Source of the DNA: an uncultured virus (IMG/VR IMGVR_UViG_3300033145_003180) | Taxonomy: Duplodnaviria > Heunggongvirae > Uroviricota > Caudoviricetes | IMG/VR virus record: IMGVR_UViG_3300033145_003180 | DNA: 64,000 bases | Reading direction: 5' to 3' (one strand) | In this document: positions 31,601-41,579 of the stretch, piece by piece | How positions within the stretch are numbered: the first letter of the stretch is position 1 | Layout of the letters: each line of letters begins with the position of its first letter | Made by a program: the position numbers and the translations under genes | Notes under the pieces: generated by a model | The model's database searches: none | Told to the model about the DNA's origin: nothing | Seen by the model: only the letters and a program-made list of their open reading frames with translations

Positions 31601-33256
31601 GCCATCATTCGCATACATTTTCTGGTATGGAAATTCTTTACCACCCATCAAGATAATATATTCTATACCTTCGCTGTTGACACGATGGCGAATATAGTTT
31701 CGTATCTTATGTTGTGTCTCATTGTACTTATCGTAATCTGCTATAGTCTGGCTGTAATAATACGGGTTTGCAGGGGTGTTATCCCCCCACGTTCCATTTA
31801 TCCAATATATGCTGTTCGATGTGATTGTGGAGACATTTACACACTCCACAGAATATGTGGAATTGCCTTCCTTCCAATCCTCAAACGCCTCTGCTTTGCT
31901 TAGATTGGTTCCATCATATAACACAATAATAGTATCTCCCACATCCGTGTCAAAATGGTATGTTTCATTATCCCAATTAGTCCCATCTGTCAGGTTGAAC
32001 CACAGATAGTAAGTTGTGTTAACGGTATCAATCCATGACGTGTTAGTAAAAGCATGAGAACCATTTGATAATCCCGTACCGCTTGACTGGTTGACTGTCT
32101 GCCAACTGCCTGATTCATTAGTCTTGATAGTGACGTTCATCTTATCCCCATTCGGGTCGGAGATTGTCAGGTTTATGGAAGTTGGAGTAATTGATACACC
32201 AGAAACATTCAAAGATTCCTCTTTGGATTCTGTAGCGTTCCATATAAGCTGACTTGATTGTGAAGGAATAGTCTCCCCCACAGTCGTAAAATGGTAAATC
32301 TCACTTTCATTGCCCGTACCGTCATTAACGTAGACCTTCCACCAATACTTAGTAAGATAAGAATCAAAATCTGTAAAAGTGTATGATTCCGTTCCGTTTG
32401 CAGCCTCGGAACTATTAGTATGTTTATTCACCCATGAACCGCTCTCGTTTGTCGCCCAAGTGACGTTAAGACTGTCACCGTCACTGTCATTGGTGTACAC
32501 ACTGCACTTTACCCCACCTGAGAAACTTACACCAGTGGAAGCGTTTACGGGTGTCTTATAGTCAACTGTCGGTGCGGTATTTGTTGTATATGTGATATTT
32601 ATGCATGGGTCGTTAGACGTGCCAGCCTGTTCAGAATAGTAGCAACCGCTTTTAATTGCCCCGCCTGGCGCAGAATCCAAATAATCGTAATTGTACTCCC
32701 TGGCACAGTAATAGGTATATCCGGTTTTGCTGACATCGGAGATTCCCTGGGCGTTCAAGGTAAATGAATTGTAAGCACCCAAACTCCACGAATCCACAGT
32801 AGCGTAATAACTGCCTGAGAACGCATTGAAATCGCCTGTTGTTACTGCCCCGTCCCCTTGGGTTCCTTGTTGGATGGATACTTTATTCCCACTGTATTGT
32901 TTTCCATATACTTTAATCACAACACTTGTGATTGTGCATGTATCCGGCAATGAGGATGTATCAAATTTAAAAAAACTCCGTGTAACAGCATATAGACCTT
33001 TTTCAAGGTCGGCTGTGATTCCATCGTCTTTATGTGTGGTTGAACTGGATGCGAACCCACCTGTTGAATGTGCGGTAGACCATGTTGCAGTTGCATCACT
33101 ACCTACATATCCGTCATCGGAATGACTATACAGCCAACCTGTATCAGCAGCACTAACAGAAAAATTAATATTGAAATTCATTAAGCTAATAGGAAACAAA
33201 CAAAACATTAAAAGTAATATTATTAAGCATGGTCCTAATCTTTTGAATATTTTCAT
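28649..33256 (-). CDS. large secreted multidomain protein with gingipain-like (C25) peptidase domain and Ig-like repeats
   Basis: YIILMG, SD..FGCLD, ITVGR, STHGG, QSC, FFGDP; repeated TNESGSW..YWW.VN.TDG modules. Confidence 0.75.
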   Translation of the reverse strand: MKIFKRLGPCLIILLLMFCLFPISLMNFNINFSVSAADTGWLYSHSDDGYVGSDATATWSTAHSTGGFASSSTTHKDDGITADLEKGLYAVTRSFFKFDTSSLPDTCTITSVVIKVYGKQYSGNKVSIQQGTQGDGAVTTGDFNAFSGSYYATVDSWSLGAYNSFTLNAQGISDVSKTGYTYYCAREYNYDYLDSAPGGAIKSGCYYSEQAGTSNDPCINITYTTNTAPTVDYKTPVNASTGVSFSGGVKCSVYTNDSDGDSLNVTWATNESGSWVNKHTNSSEAANGTESYTFTDFDSYLTKYWWKVYVNDGTGNESEIYHFTTVGETIPSQSSQLIWNATESKEESLNVSGVSITPTSINLTISDPNGDKMNVTIKTNESGSWQTVNQSSGTGLSNGSHAFTNTSWIDTVNTTYYLWFNLTDGTNWDNETYHFDTDVGDTIIVLYDGTNLSKAEAFEDWKEGNSTYSVECVNVSTITSNSIYWINGTWGDNTPANPYYYSQTIADYDKYNETQHKIRNYIRHRVNSEGIEYIILMGGKEFPYQKMYANDGSSGPSDLLFFGCLDSTQNILDNQTHYGGVATDDSYDHSVDITVGRFIFANDTEWTNMFTKTKNYKALSNTDSQFGHYVILDDERSVASWSVDDIWTDALSGKGLNISTTLGPWYDSGKITFPEDVNESSVQLENCINITTRNDSLVPMLNCEDGSWPHGFAMYISSTHGGDDYNETTPYTSLYENFTNDSHPYFALPQSCSASNFIATSPTLPHVITAKGGAFAGFGAATTMTVGGCTVLEPFLLNLFEGNRTIGVVASETFEDIVANSRRHFNFFGDPTLKYKYPSYPALQNMYPYRMHTAPSNVTILDCDVADFDGDTMTVYYRTNASGSWATLKTWSNVDTGDDLIYFASAFDNTDTEYWWSINVTDGTYWINRTQNFTTFSDSTPTIDWVEGLEDSTTTSPEMTVHIDGVAGNAPSVIFRGLVSGTWRDLQYNYYNVNPVLTNTSWMSQYNTTYTWSVNMTCGATWVNETFYTYCTDAYSYGTTTQISPNADLNSSHYLFTHNTGSTNYGCIDDTYASPDDNTTYVEVDTATYPPGMYTEYYDYEAIDSNYQVDYVSIKFKMYTTDKGNKYGFGLKSNSETLDYLFKENNPDVYTWYTVIRNFSINPITGNAWTPSDISALNLLLTMEEKVVTPKCTQLVMNVYGDYNPNVTNPSPTNGSTITSNPTLTIDVNDTDSNSLDVYWLSNSSGSWAQFATNMSVDVSGNAVTIRQNNSNFTGGEYWWSVNATDGVLWTNNTYWLIVNEAPELTSPSISPDTGFDSQTTFYYNITWADVNGNDPTDGYLVVNISRTGWYTNQSMAWISGLNTTGALYSYSSLLTAGNYSVQFYAYDGFDRNTTNNYFLPNVSDFIWLDINNLTWALGNVVMGSSEWTNNSKTFLANLNDTTVDTDLKLQITNDGADWTAATSGNEPDVNIYRLNASINIWIDEFQIITASQTTISEIIPIGNNETFDLRFDAPSATGVGDQQQITVTATLIKH

Positions 33257-33282
33257 TCTAAAAACGAATACTGAAATATTAT

Positions 33283-33807
33283 TTAGTTCTTTACCACCGT
33301 GGCGGTAACTGTAATGGACTGTTGGTTAGCGGTAGTTGTAGCAGTTGGTGTGTCAAATCTCAGATCGAAAGTCTCATTATTACCCAATGCTATATTTGTC
33401 GATATTGTTACCTGTGATGCGGTTATTATCTGATTTTCATCAGCAACCCATATATCTATACTTGAGTTAAGGCGATATGTATCACTACCTGGTTCGTTGC
33501 CTGACGTGGCCGCAGTCCAATCAGCACCGTCATTTGTTATCTGCAGCTTTAAATCTGTATTGACAGTACAATTATCCATATCAGCAATAAATGTTTTGCC
33601 TGTTTCATTAGTCCATACATTATTGCTCATTGTAATGGTTCCGATTGCCCACGATGCATTGGTGATATCTATCCATATAAATTCTCCTGTTACTGTTATG
33701 TCAAACGTATCAGATGTTGCAGCATTCACTGGTCTCATCATAAGTGGAGCAACAACCATACAGAACGAAACTATAGCTATTAAAATATATTCAATGTGTT
33801 TCATCAT
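33283..33807 (-). CDS. secreted protein; stand-alone copy of the C-terminal domain of 28649-33256
   Basis: TDLKLQITNDGADWTAATSGNEP is identical in both. Confidence 0.8.
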   Translation of the reverse strand: MMKHIEYILIAIVSFCMVVAPLMMRPVNAATSDTFDITVTGEFIWIDITNASWAIGTITMSNNVWTNETGKTFIADMDNCTVNTDLKLQITNDGADWTAATSGNEPGSDTYRLNSSIDIWVADENQIITASQVTISTNIALGNNETFDLRFDTPTATTTANQQSITVTATVVKN

Positions 33808-33850
33808 TATTACCAAATAGATGAATATCAACATATGTATTTAATGTTTT

Positions 33851-33867
33851 CCTGGAAATATTTCCGA
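33851..33867 (-). promoter_or_regulatory. palindromic operator (copy 4)
   Basis: cctggaaatatttccga next to TTAAATAC. Confidence 0.75.
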
Positions 33868-33935
33868 GAGAAAAATAATGAAAAGGAGAAGAGGGGGATG
33901 GGGAGATAATGATTTTAAAAAATGGATGATTGTGA

Positions 33936-34145
33936 TTATTTCCTCTTTTTACTGCGTTTGCCTTTTTTCTTGGATGTTTTTTTGGTTTTTTTGATTTTTG
34001 TTTCACAGTTTTTAATTCTGATATCTGGAGCACCTTTATATTTGATTTTTGTGCCCTTTGTTGGTTTTCCACATCCTGCTGGTTTAGTTCGAGTTAACTT
34101 GCCTCTTAGATTGAAATAGGTAAATACCCTGTTCCCTGATTTCAT
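33936..34145 (-). CDS. very basic small protein
   Basis: Lys-rich tail KKTKKTSKKKGKRSKKRK; GGAGTG RBS. Confidence 0.6.
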   Translation of the reverse strand: MKSGNRVFTYFNLRGKLTRTKPAGCGKPTKGTKIKYKGAPDIRIKNCETKIKKTKKTSKKKGKRSKKRK

Positions 34146-34240
34146 AATTTTTCACACTCCATATTTGCATAAGCACCGAACATTTATGTCCAATACCAAT
34201 GCTATGAAATTGTAATATAAATAGCAGTATAAAAGCGTTG

Positions 34241-34257
34241 CCAGGAAATTTTTCCGA
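34241..34257 (-). promoter_or_regulatory. palindromic operator (copy 5)
   Basis: ccaggaaatttttccga next to TTTTATAC. Confidence 0.75.
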
Positions 34258-34266
34258 GAAAATAAT

Positions 34267-35844
34267 CTATTTAGGCTCTAATGTATCTGCTTTTCCCCTT
34301 CCGATGCGTTGCCCTATCTTGGTTGTCATAAACCATGCAGCAATATGCTTTCCACGATAAGCAAACACAGCACCCAATGCAATAATCACTATAATAGCAT
34401 AAGGCAATAGTTCAGCGAAATTAAAAGAGTTATCTGAAATAACAAGAGATGATTCTGTGCTTGTATAGAAACCATATCCTTGGAACTCTATAGTGTATGT
34501 TCCGCTTTTCTGAGGTGTCCACATACCAACTGAATCATAAACATTTACATCCACAGGAATGCCAAAAGGACTAGATGAATCACTGATTTTCAAAACAGTA
34601 TCGATACTTAACGGATTGTTGTTACCGTCCACAACTCTCAGATAAACCATCTTTCCGATATCCGAGTTGTAGTCCACAAGATTGCCTTTTATATCAGTAA
34701 TTATCACACGCGGCCTTGTTTTTACATCAAATGATATGTCCCCCACAGAATTAATGTTTTCTGCGTGAACAGAGTATCTCCCGCCATCTGAAGGGGTAAA
34801 TGAATATGATCCACCACTATCCACGCCATTCTTTATGGATCCATCTGGATATGTAACAGTGATCACCGAATCTTGAAATGCTTGAATTTCAACAGACATC
34901 CTGGTCATAGGATCATTCGTCAACATTGTAAGAGATTCTTGTTTTTTACTGCAAACGATATCATTTGAAATTATCTGGACACCTGAGACAATTGTAGCCT
35001 TCCATGTACCTATCTCGTTGAAAAGAACATTTATTTTACCGAATGAGTTGGTCACCATCTCTGTTGATTCCCCGCCTGGTTTGGTAATAAGAACACTTGT
35101 CATTTGCCTGGGTTTAGTTCCCTCTACAACTGAAATATCTTTAGTCTCTCCAATTGTTACTGCAGGGGGAGTGGACAAACTGAGAGTTACAGAAGGATTA
35201 CCCCCCATATATCCATTATTGTCGACTGCGCCTATCGTAAAATTGGCAAACAGTGGATTGATCCCTTCCCCTGTTATTCTTGCTATTGCCTCACCCGATT
35301 CATTCTCCCCGATCTGGATTGTGCCTATACCACCATTGATTACAATCGGATAAATACTTCCGGATTCACTGCAAAACAGAAAACCGTGAGCATCCAAAGG
35401 CCCTTCACCAATTAAAAGAAAAGCCACATTTTTTCCAGGTTCAGGATTAGACGGGAAAACCATAAGATTAGTATCTGTTTTCTCAATTTCTATTATAACA
35501 AGTTGGTTGTATTGAGATGAATCGACAAAATATGTGATCCAGCTTATCTCCTCTTTTTCAATAATAAATCCAATACTTATCTCACCAGTGGCTCCTGCAG
35601 GGATATCGATAGAAGACGAGGGCATAAAAATATCGTTTACGCCAGAGTAATTGACAGTTACCTCTACAGTTACATTTTCATTATTGGTAATAGAAACTGT
35701 CTGAATAATAAGATCACCTATATTTCCAACGACACGCAGTTCATTGGGGGCAATAAATATTGACTGAGAACTGACCGTTGCACCAAAAGGAATGCAAGAC
35801 AATAATGCACAGGCTAATACTAAAGTGAGAATTCTTTTATTCAT
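34267..35844 (-). CDS. surface protein with tandem Ig-like domains
   Basis: Signal peptide, beta-rich, C-terminal TM. Confidence 0.8.
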   Translation of the reverse strand: MNKRILTLVLACALLSCIPFGATVSSQSIFIAPNELRVVGNIGDLIIQTVSITNNENVTVEVTVNYSGVNDIFMPSSSIDIPAGATGEISIGFIIEKEEISWITYFVDSSQYNQLVIIEIEKTDTNLMVFPSNPEPGKNVAFLLIGEGPLDAHGFLFCSESGSIYPIVINGGIGTIQIGENESGEAIARITGEGINPLFANFTIGAVDNNGYMGGNPSVTLSLSTPPAVTIGETKDISVVEGTKPRQMTSVLITKPGGESTEMVTNSFGKINVLFNEIGTWKATIVSGVQIISNDIVCSKKQESLTMLTNDPMTRMSVEIQAFQDSVITVTYPDGSIKNGVDSGGSYSFTPSDGGRYSVHAENINSVGDISFDVKTRPRVIITDIKGNLVDYNSDIGKMVYLRVVDGNNNPLSIDTVLKISDSSSPFGIPVDVNVYDSVGMWTPQKSGTYTIEFQGYGFYTSTESSLVISDNSFNFAELLPYAIIVIIALGAVFAYRGKHIAAWFMTTKIGQRIGRGKADTLEPK

Positions 35845-35868
35845 AGTTTAATCCCTCCAAGACGATGA

Positions 35869-36102
35869 TCATTCATCTTCAATAACTTTTACACCACCAT
35901 GATCGGATAGGTTTTTTATTTCCTTAATTTTTCTGACCGTGACTATATCGGGTTTTGAAGAATCTTCTTCTAGCCATGTATTACATTCACCTGTTTTTTC
36001 GTCAAATGTCCCTCCAATCTTTGTACATGCTGCCGGTGTCAAATCGCTCTTCATCAATGTTTCCTTAATCTCGCTATCTTTATTTTTTTTCCCAATTCTC
36101 AT
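35869..36102 (-). CDS. hypothetical protein
   Basis: ORF after the divergent promoter region near 36130-36170. Confidence 0.55.
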   Translation of the reverse strand: MRIGKKNKDSEIKETLMKSDLTPAACTKIGGTFDEKTGECNTWLEEDSSKPDIVTVRKIKEIKNLSDHGGVKVIEDE

Positions 36103-36214
36103 AAAGACGATATATCCCGTGCTTCCTTTTAAAGTTTTTTGTGTTGCGGATTCCCCAAAAGGTTATAAGAGATTATTTCATTTCTTCTATGGAAAAATTA
36201 CCGTTTTATGAAAA

Positions 36215-36832
36215 GTGAAAAGGCGGAAAGAAGGTGAGTCATTGGGAGATAAAAAAACAAATGAAGACGCGAAAAATGAACAGACGGACACAGGTCTGAT
36301 AATATTACAAGTAGCAGATGTTTTAAAGGAAGACAGGTGGAGACCAGCAAAAGCTCTTTTGGATGGAATGAATGCGGAAAGAACAGATGTTCTCATGTGG
36401 ATAAAAATTGATAAAGAAGAGGGAGAATTATTTCCATTGAATCCTGATTTATTCTCTCATATGGATATAACAGAAATGCAGGAGAGAAAAATATATCAAA
36501 TATTGAAAGATAACATACCAGATATAGAAAAAAGTGAAGATAACCATCTTATAGTCCAACTTGGTGAAGATGACCATCTTTTGCAGATTTTAAATGATGA
36601 AATTGATAACTGCATTTGTCTTTTGCAAGTGAAAAGTCAAGGACGTATTGGATCTAAAAAACAATTCCAAAAAATATTTGAGGTTTTGAACCTTGAAAAA
36701 AGGGATTTTTTGTTTTTCAGAACTGTGTTAGATGATGATAAAAAAATAATTGGATGGAATATTACTTATAAAAAGTATGCTGATATTTTATCATCAGAAA
36801 AGATGATTATAAGGAGCGAGATAAAAAAATGA
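36215..36832 (+). CDS. hypothetical protein
   Basis: First gene of an overlapping plus-strand operon. Confidence 0.7.
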   Translation: MKRRKEGESLGDKKTNEDAKNEQTDTGLIILQVADVLKEDRWRPAKALLDGMNAERTDVLMWIKIDKEEGELFPLNPDLFSHMDITEMQERKIYQILKDNIPDIEKSEDNHLIVQLGEDDHLLQILNDEIDNCICLLQVKSQGRIGSKKQFQKIFEVLNLEKRDFLFFRTVLDDDKKIIGWNITYKKYADILSSEKMIIRSEIKK

Positions 36833-37740
36833 AAGCGGATCGGCTATATTGGATGGTGGATAACCTAGATCCTAAAGAATGCGCGACACTAGTTCTGTAT
36901 GGACTGGAACAGCTAGTTGGTACACCATATAAAATTTGGATAAGAAAGCACATGTTACAGGTTGTTGGAATTATTGAAGATTTGAATAAGCCGAGATTTG
37001 ATACACAGTATGGACGGAATCTACCACAATTATCAGGATGGAAATCAAATGGCGGCAATCATCGTGATTTTAGGTTGGTGCCGTATAATGAGCCACGTAT
37101 GCATAAATTACCTGTCACAGGGGAACTGAAAGATACCGTATTGGCGGAAACACCCATGCTTGTTTTATGTTCCAGAAATTCAGATGGGGCGGGGAATGAT
37201 ATGACTGATTTTACACATGAAGCAACCGAGAATGAACTAAACCAACATACAAGCATGGCACTCCACATGGATATAATGAAGACATCTCTGATGGATATGG
37301 AAGATAAAGTAAATGAATACCAGATGGAAGCAGAGAGAAACCTATCACTGGCGAGCAATTATGGAGCCAGAGTGACAAACGCCGAATCTGATCTGAGAAG
37401 AATAACAGAGTACAACCTTGATTTAGTAGGGAAAGTTCGAGGGCTTGAAAGAGAATTGAAATCGCGGACTGTAGAATTTAGAGAGGATGACGCTGAGATA
37501 GCGATGAAAGGACGAAATGCAGAGGAACGTGGTGCATTCCGTGGAATGACTGACGCGGAAAAAATTTCAACGACTGTGGATAAACACAATGAGATTACGA
37601 GTAAAATTGAAGAGATATCTTCACAACCTAATCATCAAGAATCATATGTTGAAATGAAAAAGATGTTAGGAAATCTGGAGAAAAAAATCGAATCAATGAA
37701 TAATAAAACAGAAAGTGTTGATAAAAAAGAGGTCCCATAA
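36829..37740 (+). CDS. coiled-coil hypothetical protein
   Basis: Heptad-rich C-terminal half; ATGA overlap. Confidence 0.75.
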   Translation: MKADRLYWMVDNLDPKECATLVLYGLEQLVGTPYKIWIRKHMLQVVGIIEDLNKPRFDTQYGRNLPQLSGWKSNGGNHRDFRLVPYNEPRMHKLPVTGELKDTVLAETPMLVLCSRNSDGAGNDMTDFTHEATENELNQHTSMALHMDIMKTSLMDMEDKVNEYQMEAERNLSLASNYGARVTNAESDLRRITEYNLDLVGKVRGLERELKSRTVEFREDDAEIAMKGRNAEERGAFRGMTDAEKISTTVDKHNEITSKIEEISSQPNHQESYVEMKKMLGNLEKKIESMNNKTESVDKKEVP

Positions 37741-38570
37741 TGTATATATCTTTTAGAGTAAAAGGAGATCTGTTCGAACATCTCAATAATCTGATACATC
37801 ACGTTATGACTAACGATTTATCTGAGGCATATCTTGCAGTTGATGTTCTAGACGCTGATTTGTTTAAATTATCTACGACAACAAGCATTGATTATGATGA
37901 AACCCATGGTATATTGAAAGGCATCAAACATTCATTAACGCATTTCAAAACTCCTTGGAGAAGAACGAAACGCCTCTATGAACAATTAAGAGAGTTAATC
38001 AATGAAATATCAACAGAGAAAAACGGAGGAGGAGATATCAAAACCCGACTGATGAATATATATCAGGATCTGCATAAAAACTTTGAAACCGTCTGTGCAA
38101 CTGGGGATATAAATTATTTCAACTCATTATGCGATGATCTTATGCTGCTCCATGAACTTTCACCCGAGATGAAAAAGCAGGGCATCGAGATTTATAAAAA
38201 ATATGTTCAGATGATGAAAAATGCAGGAACATGCAGGGCTTTCCTCCCTAGATTATCTCCTCAAAAAATAGGGAAAGGAGGCAAACCGTGGGTTGCGAGA
38301 AAGGACGCTATTGACAGCATGACAAATAATTTTTCCCAACTTTACTCTGCTATCAACGAGGTTATTACTTCATTCGACAAACCACCAGGCGATGATGGGG
38401 AAAATGAAGAGGGGGAAACAGATCTCGGGATTGATGATGAACAGTTGGAAGTGAAAAGGGCTGAGGCTATTCATTACATTCTAAAACTGGAATGGCCAAT
38501 GCCTCAGACAGCTAGGCATATGAATATGACAGTTGAGGAATTAGCTGACTTGATCGGTATTGGAGGATAA
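37740..38570 (+). CDS. hypothetical protein with C-terminal HTH
   Basis: WPMPQTARHMNMTVEEL. Confidence 0.7.
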   Translation: MYISFRVKGDLFEHLNNLIHHVMTNDLSEAYLAVDVLDADLFKLSTTTSIDYDETHGILKGIKHSLTHFKTPWRRTKRLYEQLRELINEISTEKNGGGDIKTRLMNIYQDLHKNFETVCATGDINYFNSLCDDLMLLHELSPEMKKQGIEIYKKYVQMMKNAGTCRAFLPRLSPQKIGKGGKPWVARKDAIDSMTNNFSQLYSAINEVITSFDKPPGDDGENEEGETDLGIDDEQLEVKRAEAIHYILKLEWPMPQTARHMNMTVEELADLIGIGG

Positions 38571-38574
38571 GCAT

Positions 38575-38832
38575 ATGGTAGATTATGAAGAATTATCGAA
38601 TAAAGATAAAATATTATTGGAAGCTGAAAAAGGTGCGGTGAAAGTAAAGGATGTGCAGATGTTGCTTGGGATATCCGATTCTTATGCGGCCAATCTATTA
38701 CGTGAATTGTGGGGTGAAAGAGTGATGGCCAGGAAATCCATTCGCAAGAAAAAAGGCGGCAAGAAATACAGTTATAAATTAACACGCAGTGGGGAGAAGA
38801 TTGTCGAATGGTTGCACACAAAGGGATATTAG
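38575..38832 (+). CDS. winged-HTH protein
   Basis: LGISDSYAANLLREL...YSYKLTRSG. Confidence 0.75.
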   Translation: MVDYEELSNKDKILLEAEKGAVKVKDVQMLLGISDSYAANLLRELWGERVMARKSIRKKKGGKKYSYKLTRSGEKIVEWLHTKGY

Positions 38833-39323
38833 TCAAACCACCATTTATCTGCTGGTTTTTCGGTGATGTAGATTGTCCCATATGCAGACATGTTCTCAAT
38901 AATATACTATGGGATCTTCAACTTGATAATTTTATCATAATTGAAGAGATAGACGTGCAGTTCAACAAAGGTGGGAGAAAAGTTTCATGGTTTGAAGAGT
39001 ACTCAGAGATGACAGGGGAGTCATTGACCCCGACTATCAAGCTAATAGATAGGTATGAAAAACGCATTGGTTATGAAGAAGTGACCGTTAAAATCCTGCA
39101 TCTTTGGAAGGAAAAAGGACTTTTTTTAACCGAGCATGATGTTGAGAAATCCAATCTGTTGCGTAATCATATACTCGAGGCGATTAAGAACTACAGACGG
39201 AGATATTTTACATCATATCATGACCAGAAAAGATCGTCAAAAAGTCAACTTCCCAGAACGACACAACCTATACATTTTAATCCTTTTATGAACAAAAACT
39301 CAAGTTTTTCGATGAGGATGTAA
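38808..39323 (+). CDS. thioredoxin-fold-like protein
   Basis: WFFGDVDCPIC...EIDV...LTPTI. Confidence 0.55.
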   Translation: MVAHKGILVKPPFICWFFGDVDCPICRHVLNNILWDLQLDNFIIIEEIDVQFNKGGRKVSWFEEYSEMTGESLTPTIKLIDRYEKRIGYEEVTVKILHLWKEKGLFLTEHDVEKSNLLRNHILEAIKNYRRRYFTSYHDQKRSSKSQLPRTTQPIHFNPFMNKNSSFSMRM

Positions 39324-39325
39324 AT

Positions 39326-40108
39326 ATGGCGTTCGAACATTTGATAAAAAATAAAGTACCGCATTCTCTTGCAGAGGCGACAAACAACCCTACATTAAAG
39401 AATAGTTATATTGAAGTATGGGATGGTCCCGACCTAAAGTTTTTTCTGCCTTCAACGGAAAGAAATCTAAGTATAGCTAAGCCATCACCTGAATTTTATC
39501 TTTCAGAAGAGATACGGACACCATCTGGGGTAATCGCTATCGAAAAAACAGTCCCTGACTTTACATTGGCCCCCCGTATGAATCCTTTCCATCAGATTAT
39601 ATTCACTATTATTTCAGAGATGGGGAATCCTGATCCTGCAAGTATCTATAAAAGCATCGTAAATGAGTACAGGGTTCTCCCTGATAACATGAAAGCAAGA
39701 GAGATCATAGATAAAATGATGAAAACAATGCATGAAAGCGTTCAAATATTGAGATACGAGAAAGGGGGTGATATTCGTTATGTCAAAGGGGATCCTATCA
39801 CTACAGATGCTGTGCATCTCATCCCGTATAAAAGAGGATATGACCCAATAGCATGGCAACTTGTGGATTTTATCCGTTCATATAGTGAGGTGAACATAGG
39901 GAAAATCAACCATTATATAATGAGCGAAGAGGGAATAAGATGGCTTACCCTCACGAATCGTGTCGATATGTATCTGGATAGCCTTGAAAAAGGAAAACTT
40001 TGGGGAGTGCGGGTATGTTCACAGCCTGGAGGCAATATTGAGAAGATACGCGAGAACTGGTATGCATATCGATATCCGCTGGAGTCGTGGGGAGAGGAAT
40101 CGTTATGA
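39326..40108 (+). CDS. hypothetical protein (possible tandem wHTH)
   Basis: ORF in operon. Confidence 0.65.
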   Translation: MAFEHLIKNKVPHSLAEATNNPTLKNSYIEVWDGPDLKFFLPSTERNLSIAKPSPEFYLSEEIRTPSGVIAIEKTVPDFTLAPRMNPFHQIIFTIISEMGNPDPASIYKSIVNEYRVLPDNMKAREIIDKMMKTMHESVQILRYEKGGDIRYVKGDPITTDAVHLIPYKRGYDPIAWQLVDFIRSYSEVNIGKINHYIMSEEGIRWLTLTNRVDMYLDSLEKGKLWGVRVCSQPGGNIEKIRENWYAYRYPLESWGEESL

Positions 40109-40512
40109 GAAAATGGAAAATAGAAGAATTGGTTTATTTTTCTCGCAAACCTACAGAGATAACATTAGAAGAACTAGGATGGTTTCTGGTGTCTGATACA
40201 TTTGAAAAACGACTGTGGTGGAAAGATGGCTATCTGATTTATTTTGTTTTGGAGAGCGAAATGCTTGATGATTTTAAACGCAGGATACTTACTGACTATA
40301 TCGGCTTCGGTCATATTGAATATGTAAAAGTTGGTTACCGCAAATTCATGGTAGTCAATCTTGAAAACTATTCTGTGAAAATTGTCGATCATGTCAATGT
40401 AAAATCTACAGAAATCATTGCGATTCCTGTGCTAAAGATGAAAAACGGGTTTGTTGATATGGCAATGGAAAGAATACGTGAGGAGGAGGCAGATGCCTTC
40501 AAAAGGAAATAA
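40105..40512 (+). CDS. hypothetical protein
   Basis: ATGA overlap with upstream gene. Confidence 0.65.
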   Translation: MRKWKIEELVYFSRKPTEITLEELGWFLVSDTFEKRLWWKDGYLIYFVLESEMLDDFKRRILTDYIGFGHIEYVKVGYRKFMVVNLENYSVKIVDHVNVKSTEIIAIPVLKMKNGFVDMAMERIREEEADAFKRK

Positions 40513-40981
40513 ATTACATGCATTTCTTAAAAAATGTGCCATTAAAAAACTTGCTGATGTTTTTTCAGAATCAATTGATTTCATCCGTAACGAACAGCCC
40601 TCGGATGCAAATGGCAATGGTGATCAGAATTATTTCAAGGTCAATGTTTCAATAGGTAGTGGATGGCATGATCTTATCGGGGAGGAGAATCTTAACTTTC
40701 CTGATCTGCTAGCTCAGATAAATCTTACTGATGATGAAAAGAAAGCGATAAAAGAGAAACGACAGGATGGAAGAGATGCACCATCAAAAAAGATTGTTAT
40801 AGTTGAATGCGAGACGACACGTTCTCCGCTGGTCTCTGGTAAAGCAACACCTAGATATTGCAGTTATAAATTGATCAAAAATAAATATCAGCATTATCTT
40901 GTGTTCGTGCTTGTTACGTTTAATGATATCAAAGTCAATAGCGACTTATTTGATGATGTGTGGAGGTTTAGTAGACCATGA
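40493..40981 (+). CDS. putative PD-(D/E)XK nuclease
   Basis: FPDL...IVIVECET; GGAGG RBS before MPSKG. Confidence 0.55.
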   Translation: MPSKGNKLHAFLKKCAIKKLADVFSESIDFIRNEQPSDANGNGDQNYFKVNVSIGSGWHDLIGEENLNFPDLLAQINLTDDEKKAIKEKRQDGRDAPSKKIVIVECETTRSPLVSGKATPRYCSYKLIKNKYQHYLVFVLVTFNDIKVNSDLFDDVWRFSRP

Positions 40982-41115
40982 GTAAAAATAAGAAGTTAAA
41001 AGAAGTTGAAGATCTTTTGTATGATATGGGATGGACACTAGAAGAGATATCAAATCATATGAAAATATAAAATAATATTGCTTTTCGACATAATACAATG
41101 AAAACTTTTATATAA
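40978..41115 (+). CDS. small ORF, paralog of the C-terminus of 46261-46497
   Basis: LYDMGWTLEEI..HMK shared. Confidence 0.45.
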
Positions 41116-41579
41116 TGACAAAACATACCATTATTGGTGTGTTTGGTATGGTCAAAATAACGGATGAAATATTAAAAAAGATGCGTGAAATGCGACAACG
41201 CGGTATGACATATGCAGGAATACAAAAGGTACTTGGCATTAGTAAATGGGCATGTATAACTTATCTGAAAGATATAAAATTAGAGCAATCCGCAGTAGAA
41301 AAAGCATGGCGAAAGGCAGAGAAAGAAGCTTTAAGTTATCTGAAAACAAAAGGATTCAAAGATTTACATGATTTGAACGGTATATGCCCGACACCATACT
41401 GGGACATTCTGGCTAGGAAAGATAATGTTTGGTGGTTGATTGATGTTACTATATCAGAAGGGAAACAAGTAGGGGCTAAAATCCCTTATTTTGTCGATAG
41501 TTACATCCATGCAGTTCTTCACAGGAACATGAATAGTGATAAGTGGAAGTTAGTAAAGTTATCTTATGAGAAAGTATAA
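41115..41579 (+). CDS. HTH fused to Hjc-like PD-(D/E)XK nuclease
   Basis: GMTYAGIQKVLGISK; AEKEALSYLKTKGF..WDILARK...LIDV. Confidence 0.6.
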   Translation: MTKHTIIGVFGMVKITDEILKKMREMRQRGMTYAGIQKVLGISKWACITYLKDIKLEQSAVEKAWRKAEKEALSYLKTKGFKDLHDLNGICPTPYWDILARKDNVWWLIDVTISEGKQVGAKIPYFVDSYIHAVLHRNMNSDKWKLVKLSYEKV

